Positions 14,861-29,757 are shown, numbered from the stretch's first letter. The stretch is DNA of 64,000 bases from Octopus sinensis (GCF_006345805.1 NC_043000.1:132494001-132558000), one strand, 5' to 3'. Notes: generated from the letters alone by a model not told the origin. Numbers and translations are program-made.

Positions 14861-15559
14861 GCATGTGAAAACCCTACAAAATCATGGTCCACTGACCACT
14901 AGAGCGGGTGCCCTCTCCATATCTTCCTCCCTCAATCTATAGACCCCAGAGCAAGTCCGTCCACTCGAACTATTCTTGGTATTCTCATCCATCTTTCAAC
15001 ATATGTGCTGGTGGCAACTCTTCCATTTTCCCCACGCTTTCCTTGTCAAGGGAAACTTGAAAAAGCTGATTGGCCAAAGAAGTAGGTATCTGCCTTCAGT
15101 CTTTTCAGTTTTGTCCACTGCACAACTTCCTTCACCAAAGTCACCAAGCAGAAAAAATACTTCTTTCTCGGCCATACAAGGTCAATATTGGCTTTCATTC
15201 CTCGGGATCGATAAGATAATTTATCAGTAAAAGAATTGGGGTTGGTAATCGATTTATCTCCTCACCCCAAATCTGAAACCTTGTGTCTATTCTAAAAAAC
15301 GCTTATTATTATGATCTCTTATTTATATAAGGGCAGAAATGCACAAGAGTAGGTTACTTAAACTTTTACTCCAGAGCAGAATCCACCTGGGGATTTATAG
15401 ATCCGAATTCTTTAAAAAGAAACCCATCAGAATCAGACTAATAGAGAGTTATGTAAAAGATTTTGTTAAGTTCAATAGCTCTACCATCTAGCCCTCTCTT
15501 TTCCGGTATCTCCTTCTCTCTTTCTCTCTCTCCCCCCTCTCTCTCTCTCTCTCCCCCCT

Positions 15560-15591
<32 letters not shown>

Positions 15592-15609
15592 CTCCCTCTC
15601 CTCCTGTAT

Positions 15610-15770
15610 CTCCGTTTCTCTTTCATTCTTTCTCCATTTTTGACCTCTTAATCCTTTCCGCCGAAGAATGTAGGCTCGAAATGTAAAAGACTTTTCCATT
15701 CTTCCCGAGCGTTAAACTAATCTGCTTGCTGTTGCTACACCTGTCTTCATCTTTTGTTTTCTGTAAATTT
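15610..15770 (+). mobile_element. Family D element copy with decayed hammerhead-like motif (15654-15690)
   Basis: CTTT-CCGCCGA-A-GAATgtagGCTC-GAAAT-GTA-AAAG. Flanks are homologous to 3877-4072, and it ends at (TA)n. Confidence 0.6.
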
Positions 15771-15773
15771 GAT

Positions 15774-15812
<39 letters not shown>

Positions 15813-15840
15813 CGTTTGGAGATGATGTACAGGTATTATA

Positions 15841-16000
15841 TATTAGAAGAAATAAGGTACTCAGAAATCTGGATGGTTTTATATTTACAGATATTTATTA
15901 ATATGTCACATGTTTTTATAAATCATATATTAGCGCTTGCTAATAAATATCTGTAAATATAAAACCATCTAGATTTCCGAGTACCTTATTTCGTCTAATA
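15841..16000. repeat. Small fold-back element between (TA)n tracts
   Basis: ~60-bp inverted arms at 15841-15900 and 15941-16000. A single-arm relative lies at ~38577-38650. Confidence 0.8.
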
Positions 16001-16025
16001 TATATATATATATATATATATATGC

Positions 16026-16057
<32 letters not shown>

Positions 16058-16609
16058 GTCATATGCATACCCACATATATGCACACACAAGTATATACAT
16101 ACTTGTTACGCACCCGCACCCATAAACATACACATCCCAGCAAACCCGTATGCACATGCATCATTGAGCTGATGTCACCAGCCTTCACCCACACTCCAGC
16201 TTACATGCACACGCACCCCCCAATAGACACACATAGCAGATGTATACGGACACACACGTCCCCGCATTTATACAATAGGCATACACACACGCGTGTACAT
16301 TCCTTCACCGGCTATCAATGTCGTTTAAGTTCATTCGAATATTATCCAGACAGCGTAGAAGCATCAAGTACCCGTCCAGCTACGTGGCCCTTGAAATTCA
16401 GATGCATTTAATGTCGCTGTAATTCCAACAAAACCATGTAATATGCCGCCTTACCCAGTAGCAGCCTAAGTTATGAAAGCCAGCTTGGAACTCCTACAAC
16501 TCTACAGTCGGCTGCTTGTGCTGGATGAGTTGAGTTCTTGTAATGACTCTACAAAATCCTATGTTGCATGGAGCCGATTGAAACTGCTTCAAATAATAAT
16601 GATAATAAT

Positions 16610-16800
16610 CTTTTCTACCAAAGGCACAAGGCCTGACATTTTGGGGGAGGGACTAGTCGATTATTTCGACCCCAGTGTTTCAGTGTTATCGACCTCAAAA
16701 GGATGAAAAGGAAAGTCGACCTCGGCGGAATTTGAACCCAGAACGTAGCGACAAGCGAAATACCGCTATGCATTTCGTCTAGCGTGCTAACGATTCTGCC
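16610..16800 (-). mobile_element. Family-B SINE copy
   Basis: Same core and head as 1568-1960. Confidence 0.75.
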
Positions 16801-17643
16801 ACAAGCAATCTTGCGAACAATCTTGAGTTGACGGTGTGTGCTTTTACTTTTTTGAATGCTTTCACACAAATCATCAATGCTTCATGCAACTCATCACTAA
16901 GCTTCTTGGCCACAAGATAGTTTCGGTGCAATATGCAATGAAAGGCAGCTTGAAAAAGGCAGCGAAACCTCAGTACCTTCCAACCATAGCTGGTGCACCG
17001 TCGGTTGCAACGGCAATAATGTTTTCGAGAATAAAATAGAAACTCATCAATAACATATTTGAGACTCGACTAAAATACCTTACGTATGCCATCAATAGAT
17101 TGGAACTGCCAAATGCTGATACGTCAAGTTGAAGAGAAAACTTCGAAAACTGCAGCTCCGATATAAACGTGCGGTGTTTCACTGTATTTGCGCTCAACGG
17201 AACAGACTTTAAAACAGTGTCAGGATTAGCCTTCATCACATTTTCAATAACTTCCACAAGAGCAGGAATAATCACTTCCTCGCCGATGGAGTAAGACTTG
17301 CTGTCTTTCGCAATGTTAAGGGCTATGTTGTAGGAGGTTTTCTGTCCTCCTTCAACATCAGTTTTTGCTGGCGGTTTAAAAAAATGTTTTCAAGCTTGGT
17401 CTATTGTTGAATTTCACTTTTAGAGCTTTAAAATAATCAATACCATTCCTTTTTGGGGGAAGGGGAGTCACTATGAATCCTTTCTATATATTCTTTCATC
17501 TTAGACGGCTTCACGCTATCATTGCTGAAAGTCTTTTCGCAAAGTAGACACAAGGGGATCAATTCATTTTCTGGTGAAGTAACAAATCCCAACTTCAAAT
17601 AATCTTGATTATACTGTCTGCACTTTCTCTTGGCGTCTGACAT
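16800..17643 (-). pseudogene. hAT (Charlie/Buster-type) transposase fragment
   Basis: N-terminal BED-type zinc finger (RQYNQDYLKLGF...PLCLLCEKTFSNDSVKPSKMKEYIERIH), VPLSANTV, FSLQLD and TDGAPAMVG motifs. Frameshifted and deleted. Confidence 0.85.
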
Positions 17644-17677
17644 GTTTCTGAAAAAAAGAGAAAAACTTCAATACAAA

Positions 17678-18772
17678 TACGGGGTGTCCCAATAATTATT
17701 ACTGTTATATAAATTCGCAAATTGGTTTTTAACATTGTAACCACTTCGCGAAAATATGACTTTTTGGGTCAGTTTGGTGAGTAAAACTTCTCGTACGAAA
17801 CTCGTTCAGGGAAAATTATACCCCTGGGCCCATTGACAAGCCAGAGGTAGATCACGTCTGAATAAAATTGGTCAAGGACTCGTGACACAACAAAGGACTT
17901 AATGGCGAACCAGATAAAACTGCACAACATTCAAGGTTTAAAATCTCGAATTTTAGTATACAAGTTTTATACATAATATACAAGGCCATACTGATTGAAA
18001 TTATAGAAAGATATGACGTCTAAGATATGAATTTAGGAATACAAACGTAGGCCTGTATACTATTGTTGATAAATTAAAAATGTCTGAGTAGCAAAACAAT
18101 AATTAAAAGTAACATTTTCAAAGGCCTATTCACCCAAATCACAATTGTTCTGATAAGGCTATGACGGTTCGATAAAAAGCCAGCAGGATGTCCCAAGAGC
18201 GCCGGATTTAATTAGGCGATAAAACGCATAATAATGATATTACAACGATTACTTGTGGAACGTAATACGCAACGAATGACGCCTATGACTCACGCAGATT
18301 CTTTGTGCCTCAAGTCCTTTCTCTGTGTCTTAAGTCATTTTTATACACGTACGCCTCTATCCATTAAGTTGAAAGTGGGCCTTGTCGCTGAAGACAATCT
18401 TCGAATAAATAGTGTCTACTTCTTGTTTTTCCAACATTCATTCGACAAAACCTCGGCGCTTGATTACAAACCCATATTTATAATGTGTTTTAACAATGAT
18501 AGTGCGTTGTTCCTTCGTGCAGTGTTCCATGACGATGTCAGAGTCCTATTGTTTAATAGCAAAGAATGCTATGATGTTTATATTTATGATGTTTATATTT
18601 TTGCAGTTAGCTTTACTTCACGTGACATTTACGTAAAAGTCACAATAAACTGAAGGCCCTAGGTAGCATATAAGCCTATAAATAAATTTGAATAAGATTT
18701 CACTAAATAAAGTAGGGCCTATTATACAGTATTAAAAAATCAAATCTGGAGCTGTTATTTCGACACTCTATA
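17678..18772. mobile_element. Possible decayed Tc1/mariner-type element
   Basis: Degenerate inverted ends TACGGGGTGTCCCAATAA / TTATTTCGACACTCTATA bounded by TA. Confidence 0.35.
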
Positions 18773-18974
18773 TATTAAAAATTATTTTCTCTGGAGTGAA
18801 GATGTGATATATGTTTTTAAAAATATTTACATTACTTATAAGTGTAATTCATATGAATAATTTGAAGTGCAAAGATCTTGATATTGCAAATTAGTGTATA
18901 TAACCTTCAATGTATCCAAATGTATTCAAATTCAAACTTGCCTTCCTGATAGAGAGACAACCGCAGCTCGAAGG

Positions 18975-19362
18975 GGTGGTGGAAGCACTCCGTCGGTTAC
19001 GACGACGAGGGTTCCGGTTGATCCGAATCAACGGAACAGCCTGCTCGTGAAATTAACGTGTAAGTGGCTGAGCACTCCACAGACACGTGTACCCTTAACG
19101 TAGTTCTCGGGGATATTCAGCGTGACACAGAGAGTGACAAGGCCGGCCCTTTGAAATACAGGTACAACAGAAACAGGAAGTAAGAGTGAGAGAAAGTTGT
19201 GGTGAAAGAGTACAGCAGGGATCACCACCATTCCCTGCCGGAGCCTTGTGGAGCTTTAGGTGTTTTCGCTCAATAAACACTCACAACGCCCGGTCTGAGA
19301 ATCGAAACCGCGATCCTACGACCGCGAGTCCACTGCCCTAACCACTGGGCCATTGCGCCTCC
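18975..19362 (-). mobile_element. SINE family A, full length
   Basis: Reverse complement of 101-490. Flanking repeats CCGCAGCTCGAAGG (18961) / CCGCAGCACGAAGG (19361). Confidence 0.9.
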
Positions 19363-19581
19363 GCAGCACGAAGGTACAGCGTAGCATTCAAGTGATGAAC
19401 ATTCCAGCTTCACAAATCCAACACCTACAATGACTTACCAACAAAAACGTTTATGATATATGTATTTAATATCTTGTCTCCCCTAGCAGGCCTGGTCATT
19501 TCCACAAGCAAACACTTGACAGTCCGCATCCCCTCAATCACGCCTCTCTCTTCAATTACGATACAGATTACGACATCAGGC

Positions 19582-19695
19582 GTGGAGGCGCAATGGCCCA
19601 GTGGTTAGGGCAGCGGACTCGCGATCTTATGAACGCGGTTTCGATTCCCAGACCGGGCATTGTGAGTGTTTATTGAGCAAAAACACCTAAGCTCC
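19582..19695 (+). mobile_element. 3'-truncated SINE family A head
   Basis: GTGGAGGCGCAATGGCCCAGTGGTTAGGGCAGCGGACTC... Confidence 0.8.
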
Positions 19696-20618
19696 AGTTG
19701 ATTTGTATGTTCGAGTCTGGTTAGGGTTAGGTCATCATTTTTCGGTCATTTGTATTTAAAAATTGTCGCATCAAATCGGAGAATATATATTATTATACAG
19801 TTGTATGTATGTATGTATGTATGTATATATTATTATACAGTTGTATGTATGTATGTATGTATGTATGCATGCATGCATGCATGCGTGCGTGCGTGTGTGT
19901 GTGTGTGCAAGTGTGTATATATATATGTATGCGTGTACACATGTATATGTATGTATAGATATGAATGTAACTCACAGCCCCAACTAATGGTTAGTTGCCA
20001 AACACTCTCCCAAAACACATTTGCCTTAAATAAACGAATTAAATGCACGCGCGCGCACGCACACACACGTAGACACATACATAGATCCCCCCTCCGCACA
20101 CACACACACATTGCACACTGCACGCTAACATTAAACCCCACACGGCCTGAACCAGTACAGAAAGAAAACACACCAACGAACACAACTATGCATACTTAGA
20201 CTCCGGAAAAAATTATGCATATGGCACCACTACAAATATCACACACCTCATCCCCACAGGGGCATCACACTTAATAACGCACACTTTCCCCACAAACGCT
20301 TCAAAATATCACTTATCGGCCGGACAACGTACCTAACCAAGGGACATAACTCCTAACTTAACCCCCACCCGCCGACCCTTTTCCGTTTCACCACCGGATG
20401 TGTTAATCTACCTCCGACAATTGAGAGCTATCACCACATTCCCTTTCCGCATCGGCTAATTATGATGAGTGTAAGATTATGCAATCGGATTGTTACCTAA
20501 AACTCCATTGTATTCCGATTGGTGAGATCAGCTGTGATGGATATATAATACTGTAATTTTCGGATAATATATGTGTGTGTATGTGTGTGTATACGTGTAT
20601 ACACACACATATATATAT

Positions 20619-20820
20619 CAAGTTAATCCAAACATGAAAACACAACAACGCGAGGAAGTGGAACAAGTATAGTGTTATTGGACGCTCAGGAAAGGAAAGA
20701 AAGAAGGAGGATTTAACGTTTCGAGCGGAGCTCTTCGTCAGAAGCATAAGAAAAGGAAAGATCCAAGGAAAGGAAGACGGAGGGAAAAAAATCGCCAACG
20801 ATACACATGCGGTCGCATGG
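20619..20820 (-). mobile_element. Short non-coding element family F with minimal hammerhead motif (20711-20745)
   Basis: Minus strand CTGACGA-A-GAGC-tcc-GCTC-GAAAC-GTT. Opposite-orientation copy at 59312-59523. Confidence 0.7.
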
Positions 20821-20938
20821 ATATTTTCATACATTCATTCATACATACATACATGCATGCATACATACATACATACATGCATACATACATACATACATAC
20901 ATACATACATACATGCATGCATGCATGCATGCATGCAT

Positions 20939-20984
<46 letters not shown>

Positions 20985-20999
20985 GCTGCTTTCTCGTAT

Positions 21000-21718
21000 A
21001 CAATCAAAGCCATTGCTCAAAAGAATCATTGAAACGAGTCCTTCATGTTGCAATGTGAAGCCTTTGTATGACTCTTGAACTCTAAGCCTTCTCTTGATCT
21101 TGTGCTTCATTCTCTCTCTTTCAAACTTCGAACAACCACTGTGCACTCTTATCCTCTATCCATTTCGGTCTTGTGCCTCCCTCTCCCTATCTACAACTGA
21201 AACTCCAGTCTGTGTCAGAGCAATTCTGAGGCAGTTCTTGAACCTCATTCTGGGTTATGCGTTGGCCTCCTACCATCTTCCACCTCAACATACAAAAGTT
21301 GCATAGGAAGCCGTTCATAATTCATTCTCACCAGATGTCTACCCCACTTCAAATGACTTTGTAGAATCAATGATTCTACCCCTACCATCACTTCTCTCAA
21401 GCACTTCCACATCACTGATGGCCATTTTCCAATTTATCCCAAGAGTTTTCCTAAGACAATATTGATGATATCGTTCCAAATGCCTTAATTGCCTACAATA
21501 AACAACCCATGTCTCACTTCCATAGAGCAACAACTACAGAACACGTGCTATAAACCCTAACTTTTATTTGAGAAGATATTCTATGGCGTGACCAGAGATG
21601 CTTATCAAGCCTACCAAAGGCTCTACTAGACTTGCTGATACTACACGGAATTTCATCATCAAGACCAATAGTGTTCATAGTACTTCCTAAATAAATTAAT
21701 TTAGTTACAACTTCCAAC

Positions 21719-21720
<2 letters not shown>
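21000..21720 (-). pseudogene. RTE-clade LINE ORF C-terminal fragment
   Basis: YLGS...LDDEI...SRAFGRL...LWS...LLYGSETW...LERYHQYCLRKTLGINW...EVLERS. Confidence 0.85.
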
Positions 21721-21804
<84 letters not shown>

Positions 21805-21870
21805 ATGTATGTATAATTTAAAATTTTGAATTTTAATTTAGCACTTTCGAATGTGATAAAAATTGGAAAT

Positions 21871-21929
21871 ATTATACTGGAGAGAGAAGTAAAACTTAAA
21901 TTACTTTAATCTCGAAACGCGTATATAAT
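21871..21929 (+). ncRNA. Minimal type I hammerhead ribozyme motif (A6G variant)
   Basis: ATTATA-CTGGAGA-GAGA[AGTAA..TTACT]..TCTC-GAAAC-GC-GTA-TATAAT: 6-bp stem I, stem II, palindromic ACGCGT stem III and a GUA site. Confidence 0.7.
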
Positions 21930-22075
21930 TAATCCTGGTCGTGTTGATTCATTGTTTTTCTCTTTGCCTTCGTAAAAAAGTATGTTTACCGTCATGGAGA
22001 TTCTTATAGTAGTAGATTTCGGTAATGTGGTGAAGCAGTTAGCTGAACCCTAATTATAATTATGTGTATATGTAC

Positions 22076-22106
<31 letters not shown>

Positions 22107-23029
22107 CAAACATATATACATACAAACATACCCATATATACATTCGTACGCATATACACGTACACCCCAGCACAGGCCACTGAATATTTTTCGCTTAGCT
22201 AATCTTCGCTTAAATTATGAATATTTTCTTGCGCCATAAATATTTCCTACACTTTTCGTATTTGTCTAAGTTTCAAATGAACTGAAGAACAGCTGTTCTG
22301 ATGACATATATTGGGGTAGGAACACGTGTCCAAAACACTTATCTTGTTTCCGTAATCAGTATGCCTTTTCCTTGATGGCATATCAATTTCGGATAATTCT
22401 TGATTCTTGGAATTATTCCCCCTTATCGTTTAGTGTTGCAATTATCACGAGGTATTTGTTAACATTTTTCTAGTAAGATAACTTTTAAAAAGAAAGCATT
22501 TATCTTAAATAGTATTCATTAAACTTTTATTCTCATGTACACACGCGTGTGCACGCACATACACACACATACACACACGTGAACATATGTATGTATGTAT
22601 ATATACACGCCCTCACGCATACACGTATAGATCCGATGGAATTATTTCACATGAAAATAGCTGATAGCCCCAATTAATTTATGATTAGTTATTGAGCCCT
22701 CTCCCAGAACACATTTGCCTTAAATGAACTAATTAAAATGTACACACACATGCAAGCACTTACACACACACACACACACTCACACACTCACACACACACA
22801 CACACACAGAACCAGTAGAGCGCTAGACGAAATATCTTGTGGTATTAAGTTATATTCCTTTGCGCTCTGAGTTCAAATCTGGCCAAGATTGGCGTTATCT
22901 TTCATCTTACTGAGATCGATATAATAAATACCAATTAACAATTTATTGGCTCGTACCTATGTTGTCTTTGTTGTATCTCAGGAGATTCAATATGAATAAT
23001 AAACACATGCACTGTTTCTGTTTCACTCG

Positions 23030-23118
23030 TTACCTCCGCTTAGCGAAGGCGCAGGTATTGTTTTCACTCGTGTTTGTTTGTTTGTCTGTGGACAAGATAT
23101 CTCAAGAACCGCTGGATA
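23030..23118 (+). mobile_element. 5' fragment of Helentron-type (HINE-like) element
   Basis: TACCTCCGCTTAGCGAAGGCGCAGGTATTGTTTTCA...GTTTGTCTGT resembles the 5' end of 40621-41013. Confidence 0.45.
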
Positions 23119-23509
23119 TAACAAAATATATTTCAATACACGAGCTCACATTAAGAACCTTGCAAACCAAATACAAAAACGAAATTTCTATATTGTTATT
23201 TATAGTCAATTCTGTTATTGCATTTTTTATTGCCATACTGCTATTTTTATGTTTCCGTTCCTATTTATTTATTTGTATTTCGTCTTGATTCTGTTCTTAA
23301 CATCTTGAAGCCGAAAGGCTATTAAAATATATTATCATTGCTATTATTTTTGTATTTTTTGACAAAGTTTTAAGGTTTTTGTTGATATAAAGGCGCAAGC
23401 ATAGCTGAGGTTAAGGAGCTCCCTTTACAACTACTTGGTCACGGGTTCAGTTGCACTGAGCATCTCAGTAGTGCTTGGGGCAGTTCGGCAAAACAGACTG
23501 ATAGAATAC

Positions 23510-23910
23510 TCTCTTTCTCTCTTTTACTTGTTTCAGTCATTTGACTGCGGCCATGCTGGAGCACCGCCTTTAATCGAGCAACTCGACCCTGGGACTTATT
23601 CTTTTGTAAGCCCAGTACTTATTCTATAGGTCTCTTTTGCCGAACCGCTAAGTGACGGGGACGTAAACACACCAGCATCGGTTGTCAAGCAATGCTAGGG
23701 GGACAAACACAGACACACAAACATACACACGCATATGTATATATACATATATACGACGGGCTTCTTTTCAGTTTCCGTCTACCAAATCCACTCACAAGGC
23801 TTTGGTCGGCCAGAGGCTATAGTAGAAGACACTTGCCCAAGGTGCCACGCAGTGGGACTGAACCCGGAACCATGTGGTTGGTAAACAAGCTACTTACCAC
23901 ACAACCACTC
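23510..23910 (-). mobile_element. tRNA-derived SINE family C
   Basis: Head GAGTGG.TGTGTGGTAAGTAGCTTG...GGTTCAGTCCC, core GGCACCTTGGGCAAGTGTCTT, internal (TA/TG)n and tail CTGAAACAAGTAAAAGAG. Confidence 0.85.
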
Positions 23911-26034
23911 AAATACGTACTGGAGACTATTCGTTCGACTAAACCTTTCAAAGCGATGCCCCAATACGACACCAGTCCAGTGACTGTAACACGTAAAAGA
24001 TAAACGATAAAAGAAGAATCTGTGCATTGCAGCATCTTGGGACACAGCATGCATCAAACTGCTCGGATCTTTGTGGTCTTCGTCACGGTTTACAATTATC
24101 TTTAAAAGTATTTTTTAATGTATCGTATAAATGTAATTTTTGACACTGAATTCGAATTTGTTATTCATTTATTCCAGAAAAAGTTTGCAAAAATGTTACA
24201 GGTGTTCAAAGTTTGATAATCTTCAGAATTTTCAGCCAATCAGAAAACAGCGCGTTCGCTGCTTCTTCCATCACCAGGGGTTAGGGATGGGTGGCGTCGG
24301 TATATCAAAACATTGCAACTTCCCTTGTACACACACACACACACACACACACATACTTACACAGAGTTGAAACGCTCTCGCTACCAGTTTGCCATTCACC
24401 CCTTCCTTCCTTATTCATCTATCATCCCTTCCTTTCTCATTCATCTATCACCCCTTCCTTTCTCATTCACATGTTGTAACGGAGAAAAACACAAGAGTAT
24501 TATAGTAAGAAGATTATCTTTCTCGTATCTCCTTCTCCTCTATGTGTGCATGCGCAGCATCTTTGGTTACTATGGAAACAGAGTTTTTTCTCCAAGGTGA
24601 TCTGTAAAATACTCGCTTCTGATTGGCTAAAATATCCAAATTTTGTAAATTTTAAAGGCTAATAACTAGTTAGTTATGGATTTATAGGAAAAATGAATTT
24701 CATCTTCATAATTAGTATACAAAACTTAATCTATATACCAAATTTGAAAACAAATGGAACAAAATTGTAGACAGTGACGAAAACCACTAAGATCCAACTG
24801 TTCCAATATGGCGCCAACGAGACAACCGCTATGTGATCGATCTACTTGCTAGAAATAACAACCAAATATATCTCCAATTACACCCTACTATTTCAAAAAG
24901 GGAGGGTTATATTGGTTAAAGTAGTTCAAAACGTGTATAGTCCGAGGAAAGAATGTGATGCTTATGGCTGATAGGACCTTCTCTCTCGTTTGGCTGATAG
25001 ACCTTCTCTGTCAGAGTTGACTTGAGATTAAACAAAAACAATGACGGTTCATGTAAGGTGAGATAAACATCAGAGATGCTTTACCTCAAACAGAAATTGC
25101 GGAAGCTTTCTTAAAAATACTGCAAGCTCTTTCTCTTGCTGGCGACCAGAGCATACACATTCAGTAGCTATCTCAAAATCACAAGCGTTTCACCCTTGGC
25201 ATGTACGACTCACCTGAGCGGGGTAATGATGATTACATAAACCTTCACCTGCAAAAGGGTGCCACTTGCAGTCGCTTATCAACCACAATTACCCAGAGTT
25301 GGTTTCAACCACCTTGGTTGTCTATTCAGTCGCTTTCTTTTAATGAATGGGTTCCAACTTCAATATTCTGCAAGAAATAGCGCATCGTTGAACACACTGG
25401 AAATTCGACTGTGAGAAAATTATACTTCATAACCATCCATTTTCATCCATTTCCTCCGCCCACTCTTCCTGGCAGGGTCATGGAGGTAGAGTCCTTAGAC
25501 AACTTCTCCATGCAGTCCAATTAGAAGCAACTGTCATTACACTCTCCGGATGGATTCTCAGACGCGACCAACTAAGAATATCCAACCATCTTGTTCTGGT
25601 TTACCACTAGGTTTCCTGCCGATTGGCTCTGGTTGAAGAATCCGTCATGCGACTCTATGCTGCGACGTTTTAATCACATGTCCGTAGTATTAGAGCTGTA
25701 ACCTCTCGATACGGAGAGTAGTCCTTAAATAGAAGGTTACTGCTTCTCGGTGAGTGGAAAATGGGTAGGAAGCATTATGGAAAGAAGGCGGGGGGGGAGG
25801 CTTCGAGTGTTTTGAGGAGTCGTTTGTATACAAATAGAGTGTGCGTGTGTGTGTATTTGTGCCCTTTCTGTCCTTCCATACGTTTATATGACCTTCCATA
25901 CGTTGTATTCCCTTTCCGTCCTGTCCATACGTTTATATGAATACACACATATTTAGGAAAACATATGCACATACACCACACGCGAAATTACATTAACGAA
26001 CATAGAGAAAACGATTGTATAAATTCACACCAAC

Positions 26035-27135
<1,101 letters not shown>

Positions 27136-27713
27136 CAACGACAGCTCCTACTACTGTAGCCCCATACCTACTACCTTACTTCTACAGCCATGGCTATTTT
27201 CTGTATTTCTGTATATGTCTTTCTCTCTATCTATTTGTAACTAAAGTGCCTTTCCTTAATTATTTATTTACTCTTCTCTTACCTTTGGGCGAAACAAATT
27301 GTATTTTGTCGCACTCATCATTTTTGATTTTACGTACAGAAAAGCACACATGTACATGCGTGTGTGTGTTTGCCTTGTATATTATATATCGTTAATATTA
27401 CTAAATAAATTCAAATGCTGCTAATGTCAACTTCGCCGTTCATCATTTAGGGATCAATAAAATAAATACCAGTTGAGCACTGGGGTCGACGTAATTGACT
27501 TAACCCCTGCCCACAAATTGCTGGCCTTGTGCCAAAATTTGAAACCAATAAATAAATATATGTCATGTGTATCTGTGTGTGTGTATGTATATACGTATAT
27601 GCATACATACATGCACACATGTAGTATATATTACATACATATGTAAATACACACTCATATATACACACACATACATATACTTATGTATATGTGTGTGTAT
27701 GTATGTATGTATG

Positions 27714-27747
<34 letters not shown>

Positions 27748-28599
27748 TCTATCTATCTATCTATCTATACATACATACATATATATATATGCATGTGTGT
27801 ATGTATATATATGTATATATATATGCATATATTTATGTATATGTATATTTATATGTATATATATATATGTTATATGTATATACGTATACATATACATATA
27901 TATACATGTACATATATGTAAGTATATATGTATATATATATTATACATATATATATGTACGTTTGTATGTATGTGCGTGTATGTATGTATGCATGTATGC
28001 ATGCATGTATGTATGTATGTATGTATGTATGTATGTATGTATGTATGTATGCATGAATATATATATATATATATATATAAACGGAAAAATAGCCGATAAC
28101 AACAAACGGGAAACTAGACAAAGACAACACACAGGGACCATTCGCAGCAGATTTCCTCGTCAGTCAGTGTCCGGAAAATCAATGTGTGTGTATGTGTATG
28201 CATAAATGTGTGTGATGTGTGTGTGTGTGTGCGTATGTGTGTATATGAGACACATGTAGCTTGCACAGCGGGACATTCCCTTCATCAGTTGTCTAATGAA
28301 GATTGCAGCAATTTCAGCTCATTCAATTAATATATGTGCGTGTGAATGTATGTACGTATGTATGTATATATGTATATAATGTGTGTGTGTGTGTGTGCAC
28401 GTGTGTCGAAAAATATATGCGCGCACACACATGTATGTATACATAAAGACACAAGCATAAATACTCGCATGCAGATATATACACATACACACGCACACGT
28501 GTCGGTCTTTGCTTATGTATTTATAATACATACATCACTGTATACATGAGTTCTCTGACATGCGTTAACACTCATGCAAGCGCAGAATCCTTTCGTCTT

Positions 28600-29340
28600 C
28601 ATGCATACACATGCATAGATACATACATACACACATGCATTCATACACATACACTCTTAGATATATACAAGCATACATTCATACACACATTCATACACAA
28701 CACTCATACAGATATACCTACCCACATACATACATACACACGTGCAAACACGTACATACATACATACAAACATGCATACATATATATATATACATGCATA
28801 CATACATACACACGTACACGCACATACACACATACATAAACGGACGTATATACAAACATACATACACGCACACACATGTATACATACATACGTACATACA
28901 TACACGCGCATACATACATACAAGTATACATACATATACATACATATACACACATACATACACACGTACAAACATGTACATACAAACATGCATACATACA
29001 TACATGCATGCATGCATACATACATACATACATACATACGTACATGCATACATACATACAAACATGCATACATACATACATGTATGCATGCATACATACA
29101 TACATACATACATACAAACATGCATACATACATGCATGCATGTATACATACATACATACATGCATGCATACATACATACATACATACATACATGCATGCA
29201 TACATACATACATACAAACATACATACATACATACATACATACATACATACATACATACATACATGCATGCATGCATACATACATACATACATACATACA
29301 TACATACATACATACATACATACATACATACATACATGTA
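28600..29340. repeat. (CATA)n/(CATG)n microsatellite
   Basis: Directly visible. Confidence 0.95.
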
Positions 29341-29736
29341 TACGCATATAAATGTAATTTTAATATGCATTCACTTAACGCTCAAAGACGCGCGCGCTGG
29401 CATGTTCTCATACATAGACGTATCATTTTATACACAGACGTACAACCGCATGCATAGAGCGCACTGTGTCCTCTCTCCGATTGTTGCGTTCGTCACATAA
29501 CACATTAAAGTACATACATTCAATGGTGGTGGTGGAGGCAGTGATTAATGGAGGAGGGGGAGGGCTGTTGGTAGTGGTCGTTGTGGTGACGATGCTGTAT
29601 CCGTCGTGCAGGGCAGGTGTTTATAGGGGGATGATGGCGATGACGGCGGTGGTGATGGTGGTAATGGTCAGGCTGGCGGTGGTAGCGACGGTGTTGGTAT
29701 TAGTGATGGTGATAATGATGGTATTGGTAAGCTGTA

Positions 29737-29757
29737 GTGATGGCGGTAGTAGTAGTA

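Noticed and set aside
19718-19730. GGTTAGGGTTAGG telomere-like motif
   Set aside because: Only two units, not an interstitial telomeric array.
22295-22336. CTGATGA...GAACACGTGTC as a hammerhead
   Set aside because: Stems I and II cannot be paired convincingly and GAAA is incomplete.
28135-28320. Minus-strand CTGACGA and CTGATGA-AGGGA..TCCC motifs (with a related block at ~63360-63600)
   Set aside because: There is no properly placed GAAA/stem III, so it is too incomplete to call, though it may be a decayed relative.
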